A stretch of DNA of 64,000 nt from NCBI GenBank assembly GCA_964016885.1, contig OZ024740.1:401326001-401390000 (forward strand), written 5' to 3'. A program made the translations under genes and the position numbers. Shown here piece by piece: positions 29,601 through 45,200 of the stretch (its first letter is position 1; every line of letters starts with the position of its first letter). The stretch comes from Eledone cirrhosa (Eukaryota). A model generated the notes under the pieces. That model did no database searches and was not told where the DNA came from. It was given only the letters and a program-made list of their open reading frames with translations.

Positions 29601-32600
29601 ACTATGTAGTATCAGTACAACATAGAACACTATGTAGAATCAGTACAGTATAGAACACTATGTAGATTCAGTACAGTATAGAACACTATGTAGAATCAGT
29701 ACAGTATAGAACACTATGTAGAATCAGTACAGTATAGAACACTATGTACAATCAGTACAACATAGAACATTATGTAGAAAAAGTAGATCATAGAAGACTA
29801 TGTCGAATCAGTACAGTAGAGAGCACTATGTAGAATCAGTACAACATAGAACACTATGTAGAATCAGTACAACATAGAACACTATGTAGAATCAGTACAA
29901 CATAGAACACTATGTAGAATCAGTACAACATAGAACAATATGTAGAATCAGTACAACATAGAACACCATGTAGAATCAACTCAACATAGAACATTACGTA
30001 GAATCAGTGCAACATAGAACACTATGTAGAATCAGTACAGTAGAGAACACTATGTAGAATCAGTACAATATAGAACACTATGTAGAGTCAGTACAACATA
30101 GAACACTATGTAGAATCAGTACAACATAGAACAATATGTAGAATCAGTACTACATAGAATACCATGTAGAATCAACTCAACGTAGAACATTACGTAGAAT
30201 CAGTACAACATAGAACACTATGTAGAATCAGTACAGTATAGAACACTATGTAGAATCAGTACAGTATAGAACACTATGTAGAATCAGTACAATATATAAC
30301 ACTATGTAGAATCAACTCAACATAGAACACTATGTAGAGTCACTACAGTATAGAGCACTATGTAGATTCAGTACAACATAGAACGCTATGTAGAATCAGT
30401 ACAACATAGAACACTATGTAGAATCAGCACAGGATAGAACACTATGTAGTATCAATACAACATAGAGCACTATGTAGAATTAGTACAGTATAGAACACTA
30501 TGTAGAATCAGTACAGTATAGAACACTATGTAGAATCAGTACATCATAGAACACTATGTAGAATCAGTACAGTATAGAATACTATGTAGAATCAGTACAG
30601 TATATAACACTATGTAGAATCAGTACAGTATAGAACACTATGTAGAATCAGTACAACATAGAACACTATGTAGATTCAGTACAGTATAGAACACTATGTA
30701 GAATCAGTACAGCATAGAACATTATGCAGAATCAGTACAGTATAGGACACTATGTAGAATCAGTACAGTATAGAACACTATGTAGAATCAGTACAGTATA
30801 GAACACTATGAAGAATCAGAACACTATAGAACACTATATAGAATCAGTACAGTATAGAACACTATGTATAATCAGTACAGTATAGAACACTATGTAGGAT
30901 CAGAACACTATAGAACACTATGTAAAATCAGTACAACATAGAACACTATGTAGAATCAATACAACATAGAACACTATGTAGAATCAGTACAGTAGAGAGC
31001 ACTATCTCGAATCAGTACAACATAGAACACTATGCAGAATCAGTACAACATAGAACACTATGTAGAATCAGTCCAGTATAGAACACTATGTAGAATCAGT
31101 ACAGCATAGAACACTATGTAGAATCAGTACAGTATAGAACATCATGTAGAATCAGTACAGTATAGAACACTATTTAGAATCAGTACACTATAGAACACAA
31201 TGTAAAATCAGTACAACATAGAACACTATGTAGAATCAGTACAACATAGAACACTATGTAGAGTCACTACAGTATAGAACACTATGTAGAATCAGTACAT
31301 TATAGAACGCTATGTAGAATCAGTACAACATAGAACGTTATGTATAATCAGTACATCATAGTACACTATGTAGAATCAGTACAGTATAGAACACTATGTA
31401 GAATCAGTACAACATAGAACATTATGTAGAATAAGTACAGTATAGAACACTATGTAGGATCAGTACAGTATAGACTATTATGCAGAATCAGTGCAGTATA
31501 AGACACTATGTAGAATCAGTACAACATAGAACACTATGTAGATTCAGTACAATATAGAACACTGTGTATAATCAGTATAATATAGAACACTATGTAGAAT
31601 CAGTACAACATAGAACACTATGTATAATCAGTACAGCATAGAACAATATGTAGAATCACTAAAACATTGAACACTATGTAGAATCAACACAACATAGAAC
31701 ACTATGTAGAATCAGTACAACTTAGAACACTATGTAGAATCAGTACAACATAGAATACTATGTAGAATCAGCACAGCATAGAACACCATGTAGAATCAAT
31801 ACAACATAGAGCACTATGTAGAATTAGTACCGTATAGAATACTATGTAGAATAAGTACAGTAGAGAGCACTATGTAGAACCAGTACAACATAGAACACTA
31901 TGGAGAGTCAGTACTGCATAGAACACTATGTAGAATCAGTACAGTATATAACACTATGTATAATCAGTACTGTATAGAAGATTATGTAGAATCAGTAAAA
32001 CATAGAACACTACGTAGAATCAGTACAACATAGAACACTATGTAGATTCAGTACAGTATAGAACACTATGTAGAATCAATACAACATAGAACATTATATA
32101 GAAAAAGTAGATCATAGAAGACTATGTAGAATCAGTACAGTAGAGAGCACTATGTCGAATCAGTACAACATAGAACACTATGCAGAATTAGTACAGTATA
32201 GAACACTATGTAGAATCAGTACAGTATAGAACCCTATGTAGAATCAGTACAGTATAGAACACTAAGTAGAATCAGTACAATATAGAACACTATGTAGAGT
32301 CAGTAAGTATAGAACACTATGTAGAATCAGTACAGTATAGAACACTATTTAGAATCAGTACACTATAGAACATTATGTAAAATCAGTACAACATAGAACA
32401 CTATGTAGAATCAGTACTGTATAGAACACTATGTAGAATCAGTAAAACATAGAACACTATGTAGAATCAGTACAGTATATACTACTATGCAGAATCAGTA
32501 CAGTATAGAACACTATGTAGAATCAGTACAACATAGAACACTATGTAGATTCAGTACAACATAGAACACTATGTAGAATCAGTACAGTATAGAACACTAT

Positions 32601-35600
32601 ATAGAATCAGTACAGTATAGAACACTATGTAGAATCAGTACAACACATAAGATTATGCAGAATCAGTACAGTATAGAACACTATGTAGAATCAGTACATC
32701 ATAGAACACTATGTAGAATCAGTACAGTATAGAACACTATGTAGAATCAGTACAGTATAGAACACTATGTAGAATCAGTACATCATAGAACACTATGTAG
32801 AATCAGTACAGTATAGAACACTATGTAGAATCAGTAGAGTATAGAACACTATGTAGAATCAGTACAGTATAGAACACTATGTAGAATATGTGCATCATAG
32901 AACACTATGTAGTATCAGTACAGTAGAGAACACTATGTAGAATCAGTACAGTATAGAACACTATGTAGAATCAGTACAGTATTGACTACTATGCAGAATC
33001 AGTACAGTATAGAACACTATGTATAATCAGTACAGTATAGAACACTATGTAGAATCAGTACAACATAGAACACTATGTAGAATTAGTACAGTATAGAACA
33101 CTATGTAGATTCAGTACAACATAGAACACTATGTAGAATCAGTACAACATAGAACACTATGTAGAATCAGCACAGCATAGAACACTATGTAGATTCAGTA
33201 CAACATAGAACACTATGTAGAATTAGTACAGTATAGAACACTATGTAGGATCAGTACAGTAGTGAACACTATGTAGAATCAGTAATCATAGAACACTATG
33301 TAGAATCAGTACAGTATAGAATACTATGTAGAATCAGTACAGTATAGTACACTATGTAGAATCAGTACAGTAGAGAGCACTATGTAGAATCAGTACAGTA
33401 TAGAACACTATGTATAATCAGTACAATATAGAACACTATGTAGAATCAGTACAGTAGAGAGCACTATGTAGAATCAGTACAGTATAGAATACTATGTAGA
33501 ATCAGTACAGTATATAACACTATGTAGAATCAGTACAGTAGAGAGCACTATGTAGAATCAGTACAGCATAGAACACTATGTAGGTTCAGTACAGTATAGA
33601 ACACTATGTAGAATCAGTACAACATAGAACACTATGTAGATTCAGTACAGTATAGAACACTATGTAGAATCAGTACAACATAGAACGTTATGCAGAATCA
33701 GTACAGTATAGAACACTATGTAGAATCAGTACAACATAGAACACTATGTAGAATCAGTACAGTATAGAACACTATGTAGAATCAGTACAGTATAGAACAC
33801 TATGCAGGATCAGAACACTATAGAACACTATGTAAAATCACTACACCATAGAACACTATGTAAAATCAGTACAGTATAGAGCACTATGTAGAATCAGTAC
33901 AACATAGAACACTATGTAGAATCAGCACAACATAGAACACTATGTAGAATCAATACAACATAGAACACTATGTAGAATCAGTACAGTAGAGGCCACTATG
34001 TAGAATCAGTACAACATAGAACACTATGTAGAATCAGCACAACATAGAAAACTATGTAGAATCAATACAACATAGAACACTATGTAGAATCAGTACAACA
34101 TAGAACACTATGTAGAATCAGTACAGTATAGAACACTATGCAGAATCAGTGCAGTATAGAACACTATGTAGAATCAGTACAACATAGAAAAATATAGAAT
34201 CAATACAACACAGAACACTATGTAGAATCAGTACAGTATAGACTACTATGCAGAATCAGTACAGTATAGAACACTATGCAGAATCAGTGCAGTATAGAAC
34301 ACTATGTAGAATCAGTACAACATAGAACACTATATAGAATCAATACAACACAGAACACTATGTAGAATCCGCACAACATAGAACACTATGTAGAATCAGT
34401 GCAGTATAGAACACTATGTAGAATCAGTACAGCATAGAACACTATGTAGAATCAGTACAGTATAGAGCATCATGTAGAATCAGTACAGTATAGAACACTA
34501 TTTAGAATCAGTACACTATAGAACACTATGTAAAATCAGTACAACATAGAACACTATGTAGAATCAGTACAACATAGAACACTATGTAGAGTCACTACAG
34601 TATAGAACACTATGTAGAATCAGTACAGTATAGAACACTATGTAGAATCAGTACAACATAGAACATTATGTATAATCAGTACATCATAGTACACTATGTA
34701 GAATCAATACAGTATAGAACACTATGTAGAATCAGTACAACGGAGAATACTATGTAGAATCAGCACAGCATAGAACACTATGTAGAATCAGTACAGTAGA
34801 GAACACTATGTAGAATCAGTACAGTATAGAACACTATGTAGAATCAGTACAGTATTGACTACTATGCAGAATCAGTACAGTATAGAACACTATGTATAAT
34901 CAGTACAGTATAGAACACTATGTAGAATCAGTACAACATAGAACACTATGTATAATCAGTACAACATAGAACACTATGTAGAATTAGTACAGTATAGAAC
35001 ACTATGTAGATTCAGTACAACATAGAACACTATGTAGAATCAGTACAGCATAGAACACTATGTAGAACCAGCACAGCATAGAACACTATGTAGATTCAGT
35101 ACAACATAGAACACTATGTAGAATTAGTACAGTATAGAACACTATGTAGGATCAGTACAGTATAGAACACTATGTAGAATCAGTACATCATAGAACACTA
35201 TGTAGAATCAGTACAGTATAGAATACTATGTAGAATCAGTACAGTATAGAACACTATGTAGAATCAGTACAGTAGAGAGCACTATGTAGAATCAGTACAG
35301 TATAGAACACTATGTATAATCAGTACAGTATAGAACACTATGTAGAATCAGTACAGTAGAGAGCACTATGTAGAATCAGTACAGCATAGAACACTATGTA
35401 GATTCAGTACAGTATAGAACACTATGTAGAATCAGTACAACATAGAACACTATGTAGATTCAGTACAGTATAGAACACTATGTAGAATCAGTACAACATA
35501 GAACGTTATGCAGAATCAGTACAGTATAGAACACTATGTAGAATCAGTACAACATAGAACACTATGTAGAATCAGTACAGTATAGAACACTATGTAGAAT

Positions 35601-36200
35601 CAGTACAGTATAGAACACTATGCAGGATCAGAACACTATAGAACACTATGTAAAATCACTACACCATAGAACACTATGTAAAATCAGTACAGTATAGAGC
35701 ACTATGTAGAATCAGTACAACATAGAACACTATGTAGAATCAGCACAACATAGAACACTATGTAGAATCAATACAACATAGAACACTATGTAGAATCAGT
35801 ACAGTAGAGAGCACTATGTAGAATCAGTACAACATAGAACACTATGTAGAATCAGCACAACATAGAAAACTATGTAGAATCAATACAACATAGAACACTA
35901 TGTAGAATCAGTACAACATAGAACACTATGTAGAATAAGTACAGTATAGAACACTATGGAGAATCAGTACAACATAGAACACTATGTAGAATCAGTACAG
36001 TATAAACTATTATGCAGAATCAGTGCAGTATAGAACACTATGTAGAATCAGTACAGTATAGAACACTATGTAGAATCAGTACATCATAGAACACTATGTA
36101 GAATCAGTACAGTATAGAACACCATGTAGAATCAGTACAGTATAGAACACTATGTAGAATCAGTACAGTATAGAAAACTATGCAGGATCAGAACACTATA
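21960..36200. repeat. Tandem duplication with initial offset 7446 (266 monomers minus 2 bp): about 21960-29405 and about 29406-36200
   Basis: TAGACCACTA at 22121 and 29567; CATCATG at 23694 and 31140; GGAGAGTC at 24456 and 31902. The distal parts differ by multi-monomer deletions. Confidence 0.9.
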
Positions 36201-39200
36201 GAACACTATGTAAAATCACTACACCATAGAACACTATGTAGAATCAGTACAGTATAGAGCACTATGTAGAAACAGTACAGTACAGAGCACTATGTAGAAT
36301 CAGTACAACATAGAACACTATGTAGAATCAGCACAACATAGAACACTATGTAGAATCAATACAACATAGAACACTATGTAGAATCAGTACAGTAGAGAGC
36401 ACTATGTAGAATCAGTACAATATAGAACACTATGTAGAATCAGTACAACATAGAACACTATGTAGAATCAGTACAGTATAGAACACTATATAGAATCAGT
36501 ACAACATAGAACACTATGTAGAATCAGTACAGTATAAACTATTATGCAGAATCAGTGCAGTATAGAACACTATGTAGAATCAGAACAACATAGAACACTA
36601 CGTAGAATCAGTACAATATAGAACACTATGTAGAATCAGTACAGTATAGACTACTATGCAGAATCAGTACAGTATAGAACACTATGCAGAATCAGTGCAG
36701 TATAGAACACTATGTAGAATCAGTACAACATAGAACACTATATAGAATCAATACAACACAGAACACTATGTAGAATCCGCACAACATAGAACACTATGTA
36801 GAATCAGTACAGTATAGAAAACTATGTAGAATCAGTACAGCATAGAACACTATGTAGAATCAGTACAGTATAGAACATCATGTAGAATCAGTACAGTATA
36901 GAACACTATTTAGAATCAGTACACTATAGAACACTATGTAGAATCAGTACAACATAGAACACTATGTAGAGTCACTACAGTATAGAGCACTATGTAGAAT
37001 CAGTACAGTATAGAACACTATGTAGAATCAGTACAACTTAGAACATTATGTATAATCAGTACATCATAGTACACTATGTAGAATCAGTACAGTATAGAAC
37101 ACTATGTAGAATCAGTACAGTATAGAACACTATGTAGAATCAGTACAGTATGGAACACTATGTAGAATCAGTACAGTATAGAACACTATGTAGAATATGT
37201 GCATCATAGAACACTATGTAGAATCAGTACAGTAGAGAACACTATGTAGAATCAGTACATTAGAGAACACTATGTAGAATCAGTACAGTATAGACTACTA
37301 TGCAGAATCAGTACAGTATAGAACACTATGTAGAATCAGTACAACATAGAACACTATGTAGAGTCACTACAGTATAGAGCACTATGTAGATTCAGTACAA
37401 CATAGAACGCTATGTAGAATCAGTACAGTATATAACACTATGTAGAATCAGTACAGTAGAGAGCACTATGTAGAATCAGTACAGCATAGAACACTATGTA
37501 GATTCAGTACAGTATAGAACACTATGTAGAATCAGTACAACATAGAACACTATGTAGATTCAGTACAGTATAGAACACTATGTAGAATCAGTACAACATA
37601 GAACACTATGTAGAATCAGTACAGTATAGAACACTATGTAGAATCAGTACAGTATAGAACACTATGCAGGATCAGAACACTATAGAACACTATGTAAAAT
37701 CACTACACCATAGAACACTATGTAAAATCAGTACAGTATAGAGCACTATGTAGAATCAGTACAACATAGAACACTATGTAGAATCAGCACAACATAGAAC
37801 ACTATGTAAAATCAATACAACATAGAACACTATGTAGAATCAGTACAGTAGAGAGCACTATGTAGAATCAGTACAACATAGAACACTATGTAGAATCAGC
37901 ACAACATAGAAAACTATGTAGAATCAATACAACATAGAACACTATGTAGAATCAGTACAACATAGAACACTATGTAGAATCAGTACAGTATAGAACACTA
38001 TGGAGAATCAGTACAACATAGAACACTATGTAGAATCAGTACAGTATAAACTATTATGCAGAATCAGTGCAGTATAGAACACTATGTAGAATCAGTACAG
38101 TATAGAACACTATGTAGAATCAGTACATCATAGAACACTATGTAGAATCAGTACAGTATAGAACACCATGTAGAATCAGTAGAGTATAGAACACTATGTA
38201 GAATCAGTACAGTATAGAACACTATGTAGAATATGTGCATCATAGAACACTATGTAGAATCAGTAGAGTAGAGAACACTATGTCGAATCAGTACAGTATA
38301 GAACACTATGTAGAATCAGTACAGTATAGACTACTATGCAGAATCAGTACAGTATAGAACACTATGTAGAATCAGTACAGTACAGAGCACTATGTAGAAT
38401 CAGTACAACATAGAACACTATGTAGAATCAGCACAACATAGAACACTATGTAGAATCAGTCGAACATAGAGCACTATGTAGAATCAGTACAGTATAGAAC
38501 ACTATGTAGAATCAGTACAGTACAGAGCACTATGTAGAATCAGTACAACATAGAACACTATGTAGAATCAGCACAACATAGAACACTATGTAGAATCAAT
38601 ACAACATAGAACACTATGTAGAATCAGTACAGTAGAGAGCACTATGTAGAATCAGTACAATATAGAACACTATGTAGAATCAGTACAACATATAACACTA
38701 TGTAGAATCAGTACAGTATAGAACACTATGTAGAATCAGTACAACATAGAATACTATGTAGAATCAGTACAGTATAAACTATTATGCAGAATCAGTGCAG
38801 TATAGAACACTATGTAGAATCAGAACAACATAGAACACTATGTAGAATCACTACAACATAGAACACTATGTAGAATCAGTACAGTATAGACTACTATGCA
38901 GAATCAGTACAGTATAGAACACTATGCAGAATCAGTGCAGTATAGAACACTATGTAGAATCAGTACAACATAGAACACTATATAGAATCAATACTACACA
39001 GAACACTATGTAGAGTCCGCACAACATAGAACACTATGTAGAATCAGTACAGTATAGAACACTATGTAGAATCAGTACTGCATAGAACACTATGTAGAAT
39101 CAGTACAGTATAGAACATCATGTAGAATCAGTACAGTATAGAACACTATTTAGAATCAGTACACTATAGAACACTATGTAGAATCAGTACAACATAGAAC

Positions 39201-42200
39201 ACTATGTAGAATCAGTACAGTATAGAACACTATTGAGAATCAGTACAACATAGAACACTATGTAGAATCAGTACAGTATAAACTATTATGCAGAATCAGT
39301 GCAGTATAGAACACTATGTAGAATCAGTACAGTATAGAACACTATGTAGAATCAGTACATCATAGAACACTATGTAGAATCAGTACAGTATAGAACACCA
39401 TGTAGAATCAGTACAGTATAGAACACTATGTAGAATCAGTACAGTATAGAAAACTATGCAGGATCAGAACACTATAGAACACTATGTAAAATCACTACAC
39501 CATAGAACACTATGTAGAATCAGTACAGTATAGAGCACTATGTAGAAACAGTACAGTACAGAGCACTATGTAGAATCAGTACAACATAGAACACTATGTA
39601 GAATTTGTGCATCATAGAACACTATTTAGAATCAGTACAGTATAGAACACTATGTAGAATCAGTACAGTAGAGAACACTATGTATAATCAGTACAACATA
39701 TAACACTATGTAGATTCAGTACAGTATAGAACACTATGTATAATCCGCACAACATAAACACTATGTAGAATCAGTACAGTATAGAACACTATGTAGAATC
39801 AGTACAACATAGAACATTATGGAGAAAAAGTAAATCATAGAACACTATGTAGAATCAGTACAGTATAGAACACTATGTAGAATCAGTACAGTAGAGAACA
39901 CTATGTATAATCAGTACAACATATAACACTATGTAGATTCAGTACAGTATAGAACACTATGTAGAATCAGTACAGTATAGAACACGATGTAGAATCAGTA
40001 CAGTATAGAACACTATGTAGGATCAGAACACTATAGAACACTATGTAGAATCAGCACAACATAGAACTCTATGTAGAATCAATACAACATAGAGCACTAT
40101 GTAGAATCAGTACAACATAGAACACTATGTAGAATCAATACAACATAGAACACTATGTAGAATCAGCAAAACATAGAACACTATGTAGAATCAATACAAC
40201 ATAGAACACTATTTAGAATCAATACAACATAGAACACTATGTAGAATCAGTACAACATAGAACACTATGTAGAATCAGCACAACATAGAACACTATGTAG
40301 AATCAATACAACATAGAACACTATGTAGAATCAGTACAGTAGAGAGCACTATGTAGAATCAGTACAATATAGAACACTATGTAGAATCAGTACAACATAG
40401 AACACTATGTAGAATCAGTACAGTATAGAACACTATGTAGAATCAGTACAACATAGAACACTATGTAGAATCAGTACAGTATAAACTATTATGCAGAATC
40501 AGTGCAGTATAGAACACTATGTAGAATCAGAACAACATAGAACACTACGTAGAATCAGTACAATATAGAACACTATGTAGAATCAGTACAGTATAGACTA
40601 CTATGCAGAATCAGTACAGTATAGAACACTATGCAGAATCAGTGCAGTATAGAACACTATGTAGAATCAGTACAACATAGAACACTATATAGAATCAATA
40701 CAACACAGAACACTATGTAGAATCCGCACAACATAGAACACTATGTAGAATCAGTACAGTATAGAAAACTATGTAGAATCAGTACAGCATAGAACACTAT
40801 GTAGAATCAGTACAGTATAGAACATCATGTAGAATCAGTACAGTATAGAACACTATTTAGAATCAGTACACTATAGAACACTATGTAGAATCAGTACAAC
40901 ATAGAACACTATGTAGAGTCACTACAGTATAGAGCACTATGTAGAATCAGTACAGTATAGAACACTATGTAGAATCAGTACAACTTAGAACATTATGTAT
41001 AATCAGTACATCATAGTACACTATGTAGAATCAGTACAGTATAGAACACTATGTAGAATCAGTACAGTATAGAACACTATGTAGAATCAGTACAGTATGG
41101 AACACTATGTAGAATCAGTACAGTATAGAACACTATGTAGAATATGTGCATCATAGAACACTATGTATAATCAGTACAGTATAGAACACTATGTAGAATC
41201 AGTACAGTAGAGAGCACTATGTAGAATCAGTACAGCATAGAACACTATGTAGATTCAGTACAGTATAGAACACTATGTAGAATCAGTACAACATAGAACA
41301 CTATGTAGATTCAGTACAGTATAGAACACTATGTAGAATCAGTACAACATAGAACGTTATGCAGAATCAGTACAGTATAGAACACTATGTAGAATCAGTA
41401 CAACATAGAACACTATGTAGAATCAGTACAGTATAGAACACTATGTAGAATCAGTACAGTATAGAACACTATGCAGGATCAGAACACTATAGAACACTAT
41501 GTAAAATCACTACACCATAGAACACTATGTAAAATCAGTACAGTATAGAGCACTATGTAGAATCAGTACAACATAGAACACTATGTAGAATCAGCACAAC
41601 ATAGAACACTATGTAGAATCAATACAACATAGAACACTATGTAGAATCAGTACAGTAGAGAGCACTATGTAGAATCAGTACAACATAGAACACTATGTAG
41701 AATCAGCACAACATAGAAAACTATGTAGAATCAATACAACATAGAACACTATGTAGAATCAGTACAACATAGAACACTATGTAGAATAAGTACAGTATAG
41801 AACACTATGGAGAATCAGTACAACATAGAACACTATGTAGAATCAGTACAGTATAAACTATTATGCAGAATCAGTGCAGTATAGAACACTATGTAGAATC
41901 AGTACAGTATAGAACACTATGTAGAATCAGTACATCATAGAACACTATGTAGAATCAGTACAGTATAGAACACCATGTAGAATCAGTACAGTATAGAACA
42001 CTATGTAGAATCAGTACAGTATAGAAAACTATGCAGGATCAGAACACTATAGAACACTATGTAAAATCACTACACCATAGAACACTATGTAGAATCAGTA
42101 CAGTATAGAGCACTATGTAGAAACAGTACAGTACAGAGCACTATGTAGAATCAGTACAACATAGAACACTATGTAGAATCAGCACAACATAGAACACTAT

Positions 42201-45200
42201 GTAGAATCAATACAACATAGAACACTATGTAGAATCAGTACAGTAGAGAGCACTATGTAGAATCAGTACAATATAGAACACTATGTAGAATCAGTACAAC
42301 ATAGAACACTATGTAGAATCAGTACAGTATAGAACACTATGTAGAATCAGTACAACATAGAACACTATGTAGAATCAGTACAGTATAAACTATTATGCAG
42401 AATCAGTGCAGTATAGAACACTATGTAGAATCAGAACAACATAGAACACTACGTAGAATCAGTACAATATAGAACACTATGTAGAATCAGTACAGTATAG
42501 ACTACTATGCAGAATCAGTACAGTATAGAACACTATGCAGAATCAGTGCAGTATAGAACACTATGTAGAATCAGTACAACATAGAACACTATATAGAATC
42601 AATACAACACAGAACACTATGTAGAATCCGCACAACATAGAACACTATGTAGAATCAGTACAGTATAGAAAACTATGTAGAATCAGTACAGCATAGAACA
42701 CTATGTAGAATCAGTACAGTATAGAACATCATGTAGAATCAGTACAGTATAGAACACTATTTAGAATCAGTACACTATAGAACACTATGTAGAATCAGTA
42801 CAACATAGAACACTATGTAGAGTCACTACAGTATAGAGCACTATGTAGAATCAGTACAGTATAGAACACTATGTAGAATCAGTACAACTTAGAACATTAT
42901 GTATAATCAGTACATCATAGTACACTATGTAGAATCAGTACAGTATAGAACACTATGTAGAATCAGTACAGTATAGAACACTATGTAGAATCAGTACAGT
43001 ATGGAACACTATGTAGAATCAGTACAGTATAGAACACTATGTAGAATATGTGCATCATAGAACACTATGTAGAATCAGTACAGTAGAGAACACTATGTAG
43101 AATCAGTACATTAGAGAACACTATGTAGAATCAGTACAGTATAGACTACTATGCAGAATCAGTACAGTATAGAACACTATGTAGAATCAGTACAACATAG
43201 AACACTATGTAGAGTCACTACAGTATAGAGCACTATGTAGATTCAGTACAACATAGAACGCTATGTAGAATCAGTACAGTATATAACACTATGTAGAATC
43301 AGTACAGTAGAGAGCACTATGTAGAATCAGTACAGCATAGAACACTATGTAGATTCAGTACAGTATAGAACACTATGTAGAATCAGTACAACATAGAACA
43401 CTATGTAGATTCAGTACAGTATAGAACACTATGTAGAATCAGTACAACATAGAACACTATGTAGAATCAGTACAGTATAGAACACTATGTAGAATCAGTA
43501 CAGTATAGAACACTATGCAGGATCAGAACACTATAGAACACTATGTAAAATCACTACACCATAGAACACTATGTAAAATCAGTACAGTATAGAGCACTAT
43601 GTAGAATCAGTACAACATAGAACACTATGTAGAATCAGCACAACATAGAACACTATGTAAAATCAATACAACATAGAACACTATGTAGAATCAGTACAGT
43701 AGAGAGCACTATGTAGAATCAGTACAACATAGAACACTATGTAGAATCAGCACAACATAGAAAACTATGTAGAATCAATACAACATAGAACACTATGTAG
43801 AATCAGTACAACATAGAACACTATGTAGAATCAGTACAGTATAGAACACTATGGAGAATCAGTACAACATAGAACACTATGTAGAATCAGTACAGTATAA
43901 ACTATTATGCAGAATCAGTGCAGTATAGAACACTATGTAGAATCAGTACAGTATAGAACACTATGTAGAATCAGTACATCATAGAACACTATGTAGAATC
44001 AGTACAGTATAGAACACCATGTAGAATCAGTAGAGTATAGAACACTATGTAGAATCAGTACAGTATAGAACACTATGTAGAATATGTGCATCATAGAACA
44101 CTATGTAGAATCAGTAGAGTAGAGAACACTATGTCGAATCAGTACAGTATAGAACACTATGTAGAATCAGTACAGTATAGACTACTATGCAGAATCAGTA
44201 CAGTATAGAACACTATGTAGAATCAGTACAACATAGAACACTATGTAGAATTAGTACAGTATAGAACACTATGTAGATTCAGTACAACATAGAACACTAT
44301 GTAGAAACAGTACAACATAGAACACTATGTAGAATCAGAACAGCATAGAACACTATGTAGATTCAGAACAACATAGAACACTATGTAGAATCAGTCGAAC
44401 ATAGAGCACTATGTAGAATCAGTACAGTATAGAACACTATGTAGAATCAGTACAGTACAGAGCACTATGTAGAATCAGTACAACATAGAACACTATGTAG
44501 AATCAGCACAACATAGAACACTATGTAGAATCAATACAACATAGAACACTATGTAGAATCAGTACAGTAGAGAGCACTATGTAGAATCAGTACAATATAG
44601 AACACTATGTAGAATCAGTACAACATATAACACTATGTAGAATCAGTACAGTATAGAACACTATGTAGAATCAGTACAACATAGAACACTATGTAGAATC
44701 AGTACAGTATAAACTATTATGCAGAATCAGTGCAGTATAGAACACTATGTAGAATCAGAACAACATAGAACACTATGTAGAATCACTACAACATAGAACA
44801 CTATGTAGAATCAGTACAGTATAGACTACTATGCAGAATCAGTACAGTATAGAACACTATGCAGAATCAGTGCAGTATAGAACACTATGTAGAATCAGTA
44901 CAACATAGAACACTATATAGAATCAATACTACACAGAACACTATGTAGAGTCCGCACAACATAGAACACTATGTAGAATCAGTACAGTATAGAACACTAT
45001 GTAGAATCAGTACTGCATAGAACACTATGTAGAATCAGTACAGTATAGAACATCATGTAGAATCAGTACAGTATAGAACACTATTTAGAATCAGTACACT
45101 ATAGAACACTATGTAGAATCAGTACAACATAGAACACTATGTAGAATCAGTACAGTATAGAACACTATGGAGAATCAGTACAACATAGAACACTATGTAG

